Origin: a virus
DNA length: 64,000 bases
Virus record (IMG/VR): IMGVR_UViG_3300006841_000093
Location: 32,001 to 96,000 of that record
Reading direction: 5' to 3' (one strand)
The translations under genes and the position numbers were made by a program. Below the pieces are notes generated by a model. It was not told where the DNA came from, did no database searches, and worked only from the letters and a program-made list of their open reading frames with translations. Below, one piece after another: positions 1-8,421 of the stretch (positions are counted from its first letter, which is position 1; every line of letters starts with the position of its first letter).

Positions 1-1
1 A

Positions 2-205
2 AATGTTCCAGGTGATGTAGTGAATAAAGTTGAAACTATCAAGATGCAATGGATTCAAGATGATCTAGGTACATACTTTCCTTTTGATCAAGGAGTTACA
101 AAAGCAGATGGTAGTACAGTTGGTAAAGGTGAAATTGCAAGACCTCAATTAGAAACTATGCAATATTTTGTCAAAGGAGTGGCTTCACCATTTCCTGTAA
201 AATAA
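2..205 (+). CDS. C-terminal fragment of a BMP-family (purine nucleoside) ABC substrate-binding protein; start lies upstream of the window
   Basis: Frame is open from position 2 (NVPGDVVNKVETIK...). The tail FPFDQGVTKADG...GE...LETMQYFVKGV resembles BMP/PnrA C-termini, and purine permease and PRTase genes follow. Confidence 0.55.
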   Translation, partial: NVPGDVVNKVETIKMQWIQDDLGTYFPFDQGVTKADGSTVGKGEIARPQLETMQYFVKGVASPFPVK

Positions 206-263
206 TAATTGGGGATGCCCTCATGGATGAGAAATTCCCCCCAAAAGAAAATGAAAGGTTAAT

Positions 264-1397
264 ATGGAAGGTCTGTTAGAAAGCATTTTAACAGCGGTTG
301 CGGTGGTGATTAATGGTATACCTCAAGGGATTTTAGCACTATCTTTTGGGTTTGCCGCCTTTCCTACTGCAATAGCATTCGTTATTGGTATTATAGGATC
401 AATAGCATTTGCTTCAGTAGCAACTATTTCGTTTCAAGCAGAAACGATTACATTAGCCGGTACTTTAGGTAAAACTATGAAAGAGAGGTTATCTCTCATA
501 TTTTGGGGTGCCGCATTATTGTTGATTCCGTCATTGCTAGGAATGAACGAAGCACTTGTACAGTTTATCGGTCCGATTGTTGTCACATCGATGATGTGTG
601 GAGTTGGATTGATGCTTGCAAATGTGTCAATAGATTTGTTTAATTCAGAAAAATGGACAGGCATAGTCTCTATGGTTAGTGCCTTGGCTGTTTGGTTTTG
701 GACAAAAGATTTGGCATGGACAATTATTTCTTCTGTACTTATTTCTACTGCATTTTACGTTTTACTTAAACAAAATGCAATGTTACGAGAAACATTGGGA
801 GTAGAAATAGAAGAGATTGAAGTTGATAAGTCAAGAGAAAAATTCACTACAGGAAATATTGAGTGGAAGTTTTGGACAAATAAAAATATTGTTTTAGGCG
901 CATTATCTCTTGCGTGTCTAAACATTGGTGCAAATATCTCATTTGGTAAGATTACAGGATCTATTGCGGGTGCAAATACAAATATAGACCATTTAGCAAT
1001 TTATTCAAGTCTTGCAGACATGGGATCTGCATTCTTTGGTGGTGGGCCGGTTGAGGCAATCATCTCAGGAACTGCTGCAGCTCCAATGCCTATAGTTGCA
1101 TCTTGTATTATGATGGGAATTATGGCAGTCATACTTTTGACTAAATTACTTCCTGTTATTGGACAATATGTTCATCGTGCATCTATTGCGGGATTTCTTT
1201 TTGTCTTAGGAGTATTCGTTACTTTCATGACAAACATTAATGGTGCAATAGCTCAAGGTGGTGAATTTGCTGGCCCATACGGATTCGGTCCAATGGGAAT
1301 GGTAATTGGTGCAACCGCCTTTGTAACTATGAAGTGGAATCCTTTTTATGGATTAGTTGCAGGATTTGTTACTCAAATGATTTTTGTGGGAGCATAA
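264..1397 (+). CDS. NCS2-like nucleobase (xanthine/uracil/purine) permease
   Basis: 377 aa with many hydrophobic segments and an NCS2-like motif (SSLADMGSAFFGGGPVEAIIS); next to PRTases. Confidence 0.7.
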   Translation: MEGLLESILTAVAVVINGIPQGILALSFGFAAFPTAIAFVIGIIGSIAFASVATISFQAETITLAGTLGKTMKERLSLIFWGAALLLIPSLLGMNEALVQFIGPIVVTSMMCGVGLMLANVSIDLFNSEKWTGIVSMVSALAVWFWTKDLAWTIISSVLISTAFYVLLKQNAMLRETLGVEIEEIEVDKSREKFTTGNIEWKFWTNKNIVLGALSLACLNIGANISFGKITGSIAGANTNIDHLAIYSSLADMGSAFFGGGPVEAIISGTAAAPMPIVASCIMMGIMAVILLTKLLPVIGQYVHRASIAGFLFVLGVFVTFMTNINGAIAQGGEFAGPYGFGPMGMVIGATAFVTMKWNPFYGLVAGFVTQMIFVGA

Positions 1398-1952
1398 ATG
1401 GAAACGTATACTCTTAACGTAGCAGGTCTACAACGAGAGTTACCCAAAGTACAAATTAATGACGAGCTCGCAATAGCGAGCTTTGTCATGTTTGGTGACA
1501 CTCAGTTGATAGAATCTTGTGCAGAAGCAATTATTTTACATGCAGATTTTCCAAATCCTGTAAGTCAAATTGATATTTTGTGTTCGCCTGAAGCAAAATC
1601 AATTCCTTTAGTTCATGCTGTTGCGAGAAGATTAAATGTAGATTATGTGATTGCAAGAAAATCTGTTAAAGGATATATGTCTGAACCAATGGTTGAGAAA
1701 GTTCAATCTATCACGACAATAGGAGCTCAAACTCTTGTACTTGATAAGAGTGATGTTGAAAAATTAGAAGGTAAAAATATTTGTATAGTTGATGATGTTG
1801 TATCTACTGGTGGTTCAATTATTGGATTAGAAAATATGTTAAAAAAGATTGAATGTAATATAGTATGTAAAGCGGCGGTCTTATTGGAAGAGGCCGGTTA
1901 TGATAAAGATGATCTAGTGTATCTAGAAAAATTACCAATTTTTAAAGTATGA
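1398..1952 (+). CDS. Type I phosphoribosyltransferase (adenine/xanthine PRT-like)
   Basis: PRPP-binding motif CIVDDVVSTGGS, with PEAKSIP and ARK loops typical of Apt/Xpt. Confidence 0.85.
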   Translation: METYTLNVAGLQRELPKVQINDELAIASFVMFGDTQLIESCAEAIILHADFPNPVSQIDILCSPEAKSIPLVHAVARRLNVDYVIARKSVKGYMSEPMVEKVQSITTIGAQTLVLDKSDVEKLEGKNICIVDDVVSTGGSIIGLENMLKKIECNIVCKAAVLLEEAGYDKDDLVYLEKLPIFKV

Positions 1953-2338
1953 TTGATTTATTTCAAAAGGTAGATTTCAAATCCCACGCAGGATTAGATT
2001 TGAAATGGAAAATCGAAATGGATGCACTTTCACATGGAGAGTGGGAGTGTATTGCTCAAATGATTATGGAACTTTCTCCCCCATTTAAAGAAGCAATTGG
2101 AATTCCTAGAGGTGGTAATATACTAGGAAAATTAATGAATAAACACGGCACAGGAAAAAGAGAAGATCCAATATGTATTGTTGATGATGTCCTTACTACA
2201 GGCGGATCAATGAATGAATTTAGAACAAAGAGACATTGGAGAAACCCATCTAAGTACATTGGATGGGTAGTTTTTGCTAGATCAAAACCTCCAGATTGGG
2301 TAACTGCCCTTTTTCAAATGCCATCAACTACTAAATAG
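1949..2338 (+). CDS. Short phosphoribosyltransferase (orotate-PRT-like)
   Basis: FKSHAG, GIPRGG and CIVDDVLTTGGS motifs. Confidence 0.8.
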   Translation: MIDLFQKVDFKSHAGLDLKWKIEMDALSHGEWECIAQMIMELSPPFKEAIGIPRGGNILGKLMNKHGTGKREDPICIVDDVLTTGGSMNEFRTKRHWRNPSKYIGWVVFARSKPPDWVTALFQMPSTTK

Positions 2339-2345
2339 TTTTTTA

Positions 2346-2422
2346 TGGCTGCGGGGGTAGGATTCGAACCTACAGATTTTCTGCCAACAACAGATCGCGT
2401 TTGCCGGTTTCGCCACCCCGCA
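2346..2422 (-). tRNA. Atypical tRNA-Asn(GTT)-like gene
   Basis: Minus strand folds as: acceptor TGCGGGG/CCCCGCA, G73, CCA; D-arm GCG..CGC; anticodon arm ATCTG-TTGTTGG-CAGAA; T-arm GTAGG-TTCGAAT-CCTAC. The loop is UU-GUU-GG rather than CU-GUU-AA. Confidence 0.6.
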
Positions 2423-2545
2423 GTAAGTTTTTCAGCTCTTTTCGTTTGTTCTTCTAATGTTAGTTTTCCTAATTCACGTGCTCCTCTATTTAATTCCTCA
2501 ATAACTTTATAAATATCGTTTGGCTCATAAATTGGAATAACTTTC

Positions 2546-3433
2546 TTACTCTTCATCATTTTTAAGAATCAAATTAGCACGTTTCATTGCACTAATCATT
2601 CTAGTTACACCGATTCCGCCCCCATATCTAGGTATAAAATCGTGTGATAAAAATTCATCGAGTTCAGCTTCTACTCTTTCTTTTCCGAATAGATTAAATA
2701 ACAAGTCTGCATAACCGCCTTCAGAGATAGTATAGAATTGTTTTCTCATTTCATCAACATCTGTACCACGTTCAGCACTACCGATAGTTTCCATGCCTCC
2801 CATGATAACATCACATTTATTAGCAAGCTTATGTTGTTTTTTTACATCCATTTCACCAAGTTTCATATTCCAAAAAGGACTTGTAGATTGGGGAAAATGT
2901 GTTAGAAAAAATACATCACCATATTCTTGATACATTTCTTCTTCATGGTGGGCTTCTAATTCTGAGCCAGTATATTTTGCTAATACACTCTGATAAAATC
3001 CGCCAGGAAAATCTTCAGTATACATATTTTTTTCAATTCCGGCTTTAAATCCAAGATGTTTACAAAGATCATTTTCCATTTGAAGAAGATCCTCAAAATC
3101 ACCAGGAGCTTCAAATTCAAACATAGGAAAAATTAATTCATGTCTCCCCTCTTTTGGATTTTGTTCTTGTCGATATGAAGTTGATAAACAATAACATCCA
3201 GCAAGTTCAGGTCTTGTCAGTAGTTCATATTCTAACCACATTTGACCAGTTTGAGGAAGTGGCCAGATTTGTCCTGAATATTCGTATGTAGCAACAGTAG
3301 TAGGATCTTCACATGCTGCTAAAATAGATAATCTGTTTTGGGTATGTACTTCTTGAAATCCTCTATCATCAAAAAAGGATCGTAGTTGGCGAGTTACTTC
3401 TGTGAAATCATAAGGTGATATAATTGAGCTCAT
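2546..3433 (-). CDS. Class II aaRS catalytic-domain-only paralog (Asp/Asn/Lys family; archaeal-type asparagine synthetase AsnRS2/AS-AR-like)
   Basis: 295 aa with motif 2 (SYRQEQNPKEGRHELIFPMFEFE), GMETIGSAER and motif 3 (RYGGGIGVTRM); no N-terminal OB-fold; strong RBS AAGGAG. Confidence 0.75.
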   Translation of the reverse strand: MSSIISPYDFTEVTRQLRSFFDDRGFQEVHTQNRLSILAACEDPTTVATYEYSGQIWPLPQTGQMWLEYELLTRPELAGCYCLSTSYRQEQNPKEGRHELIFPMFEFEAPGDFEDLLQMENDLCKHLGFKAGIEKNMYTEDFPGGFYQSVLAKYTGSELEAHHEEEMYQEYGDVFFLTHFPQSTSPFWNMKLGEMDVKKQHKLANKCDVIMGGMETIGSAERGTDVDEMRKQFYTISEGGYADLLFNLFGKERVEAELDEFLSHDFIPRYGGGIGVTRMISAMKRANLILKNDEE

Positions 3434-3486
3434 TTCTCCTTTCCAAAAAAATAATCACTAGTGAGCTTTCAGTAGAGATTTCTTTT

Positions 3487-3494
3487 TATTTATA
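3487..3494 (-). promoter_or_regulatory. T4-type late promoter (TATAAATA) upstream of the aaRS paralog and tRNA unit
   Basis: TATTTATA on the + strand, about 55 nt upstream of the minus-strand ATG. Confidence 0.5.
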
Positions 3495-3506
3495 AAATTT
3501 GATTTC

Positions 3507-3534
3507 TTGACAAAATGGAAAACTATGATATAAT
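3507..3534 (+). promoter_or_regulatory. Sigma70-like promoter
   Basis: TTGACA-N16-TATAAT with TG extended -10. Confidence 0.6.
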
Positions 3535-3563
3535 AATAGTAAATAAATATTTAAAAGGAAGAA

Positions 3564-4529
3564 ATGCGATTAAAATCTAACAAAGTACCACACGGACAAG
3601 ATATATTGAACCCAGAATGGCCAGATGCTAAATGGGATGTTGGTGGACTGTTTGTACATGATGATAATATTTTTCAGCTTTTAGATAATATAAAGCAAAG
3701 ATATGATTGTGTATTACCAATTACTTCAGTATTTGGATGTTATAATGTGAGATGGCAGGGAGGTAGAACCGCCTGTACTTCACCTATTAGTAATTATAGT
3801 GGATGGACACCAGAAGATTTAATTAGACAATATAACGATAGAGGAATCGGAGTTACATTTACTTTTTCCAATACTTTAATCAAAGAAGAACATTTATCAG
3901 ATCCAAGTTGTAATTATTTGTTAGATATTTTAGCAACACAAGGATATGAAAATAATGCAGTTGCTATTACTTGTGATATTTTGTCAGATTACATTAGAAA
4001 TAAATGGCCACATGTAACACAAAAAGCATCGATTGTAAAACTAGCATCAGAAATGCCTAAGAGAAGAACATTTGAATATTACGAAAGTTTATTTGAAAAA
4101 TATGATAAAATATATTTACATCCAGATGATAATCTTAATCTTAGACTATGTGAAAAAATAGCAGAATCTGGAAAAGTTGATAAGTATGAACTTTTAGTGA
4201 ACGAAAAATGTACTATAAATTGTAGTATACGAAAAGAACATTATGATGAAACTTCTTCAGCAGTTATAGAAGGATGGCATGGAATGTTTAATTTTTCTAA
4301 TGTTGATTTTATTCATAATCCTAGTCACCCCAATAGTATATGTGAAAGGTGGACAAAATCAGACTTAAGATCGTGTGTGCTCTCTAAGGCCGAATTTAAA
4401 GAACTTTATGATATGGGATTTCGAAATTTTAAATTACAAGGAAGAGATGCACCGTGGGGATTTGTAAATTATAATATTTCAGATTGGTTAGTAGAACAAG
4501 ATACCATTGCACCAATGTTAAATTTTTAA
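3564..4529 (+). CDS. U32-like TIM-barrel protein with Cys cluster (putative Fe-S)
   Basis: ELLVNEKCTINCSIRKEHY...C...FKLQGR pattern; paralog of 52840..53676. Confidence 0.55.
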   Translation: MRLKSNKVPHGQDILNPEWPDAKWDVGGLFVHDDNIFQLLDNIKQRYDCVLPITSVFGCYNVRWQGGRTACTSPISNYSGWTPEDLIRQYNDRGIGVTFTFSNTLIKEEHLSDPSCNYLLDILATQGYENNAVAITCDILSDYIRNKWPHVTQKASIVKLASEMPKRRTFEYYESLFEKYDKIYLHPDDNLNLRLCEKIAESGKVDKYELLVNEKCTINCSIRKEHYDETSSAVIEGWHGMFNFSNVDFIHNPSHPNSICERWTKSDLRSCVLSKAEFKELYDMGFRNFKLQGRDAPWGFVNYNISDWLVEQDTIAPMLNF

Positions 4530-4530
4530 T

Positions 4531-5715
4531 ATGTTAAATTTAAAATCATTCATTGTGGATGATGAGTTGATAATTGATAAACCAAATTGGTATAAACTCA
4601 AAAATGAGTATTCACAACAAGAATTGAAAGATGCAATATCTGATACTATTGAGGGCTTACCATTACCATTATTTCCAATTACCGAAAAAGAAGCTAAAGA
4701 AGAATTTGAAGAATTAGTAAAGTTTGATGCAAGAACTTTATTAACTAAAGACAATCTGTATTCCAAAGCAGATTACAAGTATGAGTTGTCTCATTGGTAT
4801 TTAAAAAATAGTGTAGTGGGTAGAAAATCATCTAATTATTTTCATCAACTTGCTAGGTGGAGAGTACAACATGCAAGACATACTAGCCCCTATCGTTCTT
4901 GGACTATTAAAAAATTCCATCAAACATTTTTAAATCCTCTATGGACATTAAGTATGCCAGAGGTAAATAGTAAATATTTAAGAATGTGTATTCAAATGAG
5001 AATGTATATGGCGGCACAATATCCACCAGCAGTAGCAAAATCTCTTTACAATTTATTTGAAGCAAAAGATGTTTTAGATTTTTCTATGGGGTGGGGTGAT
5101 AGATTGGCAGGATTTCACGCCTCTAATGCAGAAAGTTATACAGGCATTGATCCTAATGAAGAAGTGATGAAAAATTATCCAAGACAAAATGAACTTTATG
5201 AAACTTATAAGAAAACAAAATTTATACAAGCTCCTGCTGAAGATGTGGACTTGAGTGATAGTGAATTTGATATGGTCTTTACATCGCCACCATATTTTCA
5301 TGTTGAAAGATATGCAGATGATGAAACACAATCTTGGAAACGATATGGAAAAGATATAGATGTTTGGTTAGGAGATTTTCTATTTCCAGTTTTGGAAAAA
5401 TGTTGGAACTCCTTAAAGGATGGTGGAACAATGATTGTCAATATAGCAGATGTATATGCAACAGATAAAGGACAAAATAAATCTTATGTATCTATTTGTG
5501 ATCCTATGAACGATTTTATAAAAACCCTTCCACAATCAGAATATACGGGATGTATCGGACTACAATTAAATCGAAGGCCTGGAAGTAATAATGATAAGCC
5601 AGAGTCAAAGAATAAAAAAATTATTGAACCAATGTGGGTATGGAAAAAAGGAGATGATAGGACATTGGATCAAATAATTGATGATACTTCCCCCTTAAGC
5701 AAATTTTTTCAATAA
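4531..5715 (+). CDS. DNA amino-methyltransferase (N4C/N6A)
   Basis: Motif I DFSMGWGDRL and motif IV TSPPYF; ends SPLSKFFQ. Confidence 0.8.
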   Translation: MLNLKSFIVDDELIIDKPNWYKLKNEYSQQELKDAISDTIEGLPLPLFPITEKEAKEEFEELVKFDARTLLTKDNLYSKADYKYELSHWYLKNSVVGRKSSNYFHQLARWRVQHARHTSPYRSWTIKKFHQTFLNPLWTLSMPEVNSKYLRMCIQMRMYMAAQYPPAVAKSLYNLFEAKDVLDFSMGWGDRLAGFHASNAESYTGIDPNEEVMKNYPRQNELYETYKKTKFIQAPAEDVDLSDSEFDMVFTSPPYFHVERYADDETQSWKRYGKDIDVWLGDFLFPVLEKCWNSLKDGGTMIVNIADVYATDKGQNKSYVSICDPMNDFIKTLPQSEYTGCIGLQLNRRPGSNNDKPESKNKKIIEPMWVWKKGDDRTLDQIIDDTSPLSKFFQ

Positions 5716-5720
5716 AAGAC

Positions 5721-5765
5721 TTGACATTTCACCCCAATTGTGCTATACTATAAGTAAACAATGAG
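5721..5765 (+). promoter_or_regulatory. Sigma70-like early promoter with conserved downstream AAACAATGAG
   Basis: TTGACA-N17-TATACT with extended -10 TG. Confidence 0.7.
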
Positions 5766-5841
5766 AATTGTTGATGTGGGCCGGTGAGTGTAGGTACTTA
5801 CTGGGAGCCTATGAGGATGGGGCGGGTCATAGGATTTCAAT

Positions 5842-5926
5842 GGGGAGGCTGAGCACGTGGTGAGCCCAACGGACTGTAAATCCGCCGGATATTCCTGTGA
5901 AGGTTCGACTCCTTCTCTCCCCACCA
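5842..5926 (+). tRNA. tRNA-Tyr(GTA)
   Basis: GGGGAGG/TCTCCCC acceptor stem, CT-GTA-AA loop, long variable arm, GAAGG-TTCGACT-CCTTC T-arm, A73, encoded CCA. Confidence 0.92.
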
Positions 5927-5940
5927 AAAAAAACTTTTAA

Positions 5941-5993
5941 TAAACACTTGACATTTTCCCTATTTTCATGGTATAATATAATTAAACAATGAG
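5941..5993 (+). promoter_or_regulatory. Conserved phage early promoter cassette, copy 1
   Basis: TAAACACTTGACA-N18-TATAAT-ATAATTAAACAATGAG; near-identical copies at 8331 and 21770. Confidence 0.75.
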
Positions 5994-6019
5994 AGAAAAA
6001 CTTCTTTTAGAGAGAATTT

Positions 6020-8320
6020 ATGAAAATGGAATTAGCCAATAAACAGTCAAAGTCAATTCTGGCGAAACTTCTCGCCACAGAAAACGTGACTGTTGAACAC
6101 GGCAAATACAATACAGCATCATTTGACGTAAAGAATCGTGTCCTCAGACTTCCAATTTGGAAAGAGATGAGCGGGAATCTTTACGATTTACTTGTGCTAC
6201 ACGAAGTTGGACACGCCCTGTTCACTCCTGAAGAAGGTATGCACGATGCAAAAGGAGTTGGAAGGGGTTTCAAATCTTTTCTTAATGTAGTTGAAGATGC
6301 ACGAATTGAGAGAAAAATTAAAGTTAAATATCCAGGTGGTCGCCGTTCCTTTATTGAAGGATATTCGAATTTGATGGAACGAGATTTTTTCGGCCTCAAA
6401 GATATGGATATAAGTGGTTTGGGTTTGATTGACAAGATTAATCTTCACTACAAAGTGGGAGATCATGTTGATCTTACTTTTTCTGATGAAGAAAGTGTTT
6501 TTCTTGATAGAATTGATAAAGCAAATACTTGGAAAGAAGTTGTCAAGATTTGTGAAGATCTTTACGATTATGCAAAAGAAAATGAATCTGAAACCGATAT
6601 GTCTGACCACGATTGGGAAGAACAAATGATGGAAGGTGATGAAGAATCAGATGATTATTTTGAAGATTATGAAGATTCAGAAGATGATTCAGAAGAAAAT
6701 CCTATGGAGAATGAAGCCGGTGGAGAAAATGAAGAAGGCGAGGAAGAAGAAAAAGAAGGCGAAGGTTCTGAAAAAACTCCTGCAGATGAAGGTGAAGAAG
6801 CCTTAGAAGATGATATGAGATCATTTGGTGATGAAGGTGGAGAAGATGGAGATTTTGAGCCTGAGTCAAAGACCGATAACAATTTTAGGAATAATGAAAT
6901 AGAATTGGTTTCAGAAGAATCAAAGCCTTATCGATATGTTGATCTTCCAAACAAAGTTGATTTAAAGAAAATTATTGTTTCTCACAAAGAAATTTACGAG
7001 AAGTATGTAAAATATTATTCAGCAGGTTACACAAGCCGATATAGTGATGGAGTTACTGGTGATGAATTAAAGAACGAAGCTACAAAGTTATTTCAAGAGT
7101 TTCGTAGTAAGAATAAAAAAGTTGTTGAATATCTCGCAAAAGAGTTTGAGTTGAAAAAAGCAGCGAAAGAACACGCGAGAACAGCAACGGCTAATTCAGG
7201 AATACTTGATTCCGAAAGACTTTACACTTACAAGTATAATGAACATATTTTCAAAAAGTTGAATGTTGTTCCAGATGGAAAGAATCACGGCTTGGTAATG
7301 TTTGTCGATTGGTCTGGTTCAATGTCAAGAAATATGAAAGGAACTATCGAACAAATGATGACCTTAGTTATGTTTTGTAAGAGAGTCAACATTCCTTTTG
7401 AAGTATATGCCTTTAGTGATTCTTACACAAGGTATGATGATGAAGTTAAGAACAAGTGGTATCGTGATAATTATATGTCAGATGAAAGAATTATGGATCA
7501 TGGTACTGTAGCAGTTACTCGTTTCAATCTTTTGAACTTGTTTTCTTCAAAGATGAGAGCGAAAGAACTTCACGAAGCATATATCTATATGACAGCTACC
7601 GCAGAATATTATACTGACCGATACAGATGGGATAGATCACATGATTTTAATATTCCTGATGTGATGCATTTAGGTGGAACTCCTTTGAACTCTACTTTGT
7701 TTGTTGGATTTTCAGTAATGAGAGAATTTCAAAAGAAAAATCAAGTTGATGTTATTAACAGTATTTTTCTTACTGATGGTGATTCACATTCCAGCAATGG
7801 ATATTGGAATACTGAAGGAAAGATAAGTAATTTTGATATAAGAGATGAAAATGTTATTCTTAGAGATTCAGTTTCTAAAAAATCAGTAAGGTTACAATCA
7901 AACGGACATAATCGAACAAAAGATGTAACAACTTCATTAGTTAAATTTTATAGAGAGGTTTTTGATATTAATATTGTAAACTTCTTCTTGATAGGTAGTA
8001 TGAGAAAATACGATATGGCACATTACCTTGATTCTCAAAAAAGAGCAGAAGGAGAAATTTTGGGAGCCAATTACGAAGAAATAAATACCTCACTCAGAAA
8101 ATTTCGTAAAGACAAATATATGATTATGCCTGAAATGATGGGATTCAATGAGCAGTATTTGGTTCAAGGTGGAAAGGCCTTAGAAGTTGCAGATCAACCT
8201 TTGGAAGTTGCAGAAGGAGCAACAGTAGCCCAAATGGCAAAAGCATTTAAGAAGTTCTCTACTGGAAAATTACAAAACAGAAAGCTTCTTTCAAGATTTA
8301 TTGATATGGTAGCGGCGTAA
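6020..8320 (+). CDS. CobT-like protein: N-terminal HExxH domain, acidic linker, C-terminal vWA domain
   Basis: LHEVGHAL; E/D-rich linker; MIDAS-like FVDWSGSM, LGGTPL and FLTDGDS; upstream of a CobS-like ATPase. Confidence 0.75.
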   Translation: MKMELANKQSKSILAKLLATENVTVEHGKYNTASFDVKNRVLRLPIWKEMSGNLYDLLVLHEVGHALFTPEEGMHDAKGVGRGFKSFLNVVEDARIERKIKVKYPGGRRSFIEGYSNLMERDFFGLKDMDISGLGLIDKINLHYKVGDHVDLTFSDEESVFLDRIDKANTWKEVVKICEDLYDYAKENESETDMSDHDWEEQMMEGDEESDDYFEDYEDSEDDSEENPMENEAGGENEEGEEEEKEGEGSEKTPADEGEEALEDDMRSFGDEGGEDGDFEPESKTDNNFRNNEIELVSEESKPYRYVDLPNKVDLKKIIVSHKEIYEKYVKYYSAGYTSRYSDGVTGDELKNEATKLFQEFRSKNKKVVEYLAKEFELKKAAKEHARTATANSGILDSERLYTYKYNEHIFKKLNVVPDGKNHGLVMFVDWSGSMSRNMKGTIEQMMTLVMFCKRVNIPFEVYAFSDSYTRYDDEVKNKWYRDNYMSDERIMDHGTVAVTRFNLLNLFSSKMRAKELHEAYIYMTATAEYYTDRYRWDRSHDFNIPDVMHLGGTPLNSTLFVGFSVMREFQKKNQVDVINSIFLTDGDSHSSNGYWNTEGKISNFDIRDENVILRDSVSKKSVRLQSNGHNRTKDVTTSLVKFYREVFDINIVNFFLIGSMRKYDMAHYLDSQKRAEGEILGANYEEINTSLRKFRKDKYMIMPEMMGFNEQYLVQGGKALEVADQPLEVAEGATVAQMAKAFKKFSTGKLQNRKLLSRFIDMVAA

Positions 8321-8330
8321 AAAAATTGAA

Positions 8331-8383
8331 TAAACACTTGACTTTTTACCCCAAACCGTGGTATAATATAATTAAACAATGAG
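8331..8383 (+). promoter_or_regulatory. Conserved phage early promoter cassette, copy 2
   Basis: TAAACACTTGACT-N18-TATAAT-ATAATTAAACAATGAG. Confidence 0.75.
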
Positions 8384-8421
8384 GGAATAATCCCAAAACC
8401 ATATAATGAGAGAAAAGTGAT

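Noticed and set aside
210-242. Hairpin GGGGA...CTCA-TGGA-TGAG...TCCCC between the BMP and permease genes as a purine riboswitch
   Set aside because: Too short, lacks the three-way junction of purine riboswitches, and has no U-tract; at most an mRNA-stabilising stem.
5842-5926. Suppressor tRNA or stop-codon recoding
   Set aside because: The anticodon is GTA (Tyr), and core genes translate full-length in the standard code.
6600-6900. GAA/GAT-rich low-complexity tract (similar tract at 39050-39190)
   Set aside because: Explained by acidic protein linkers, not a DNA-level repeat element.
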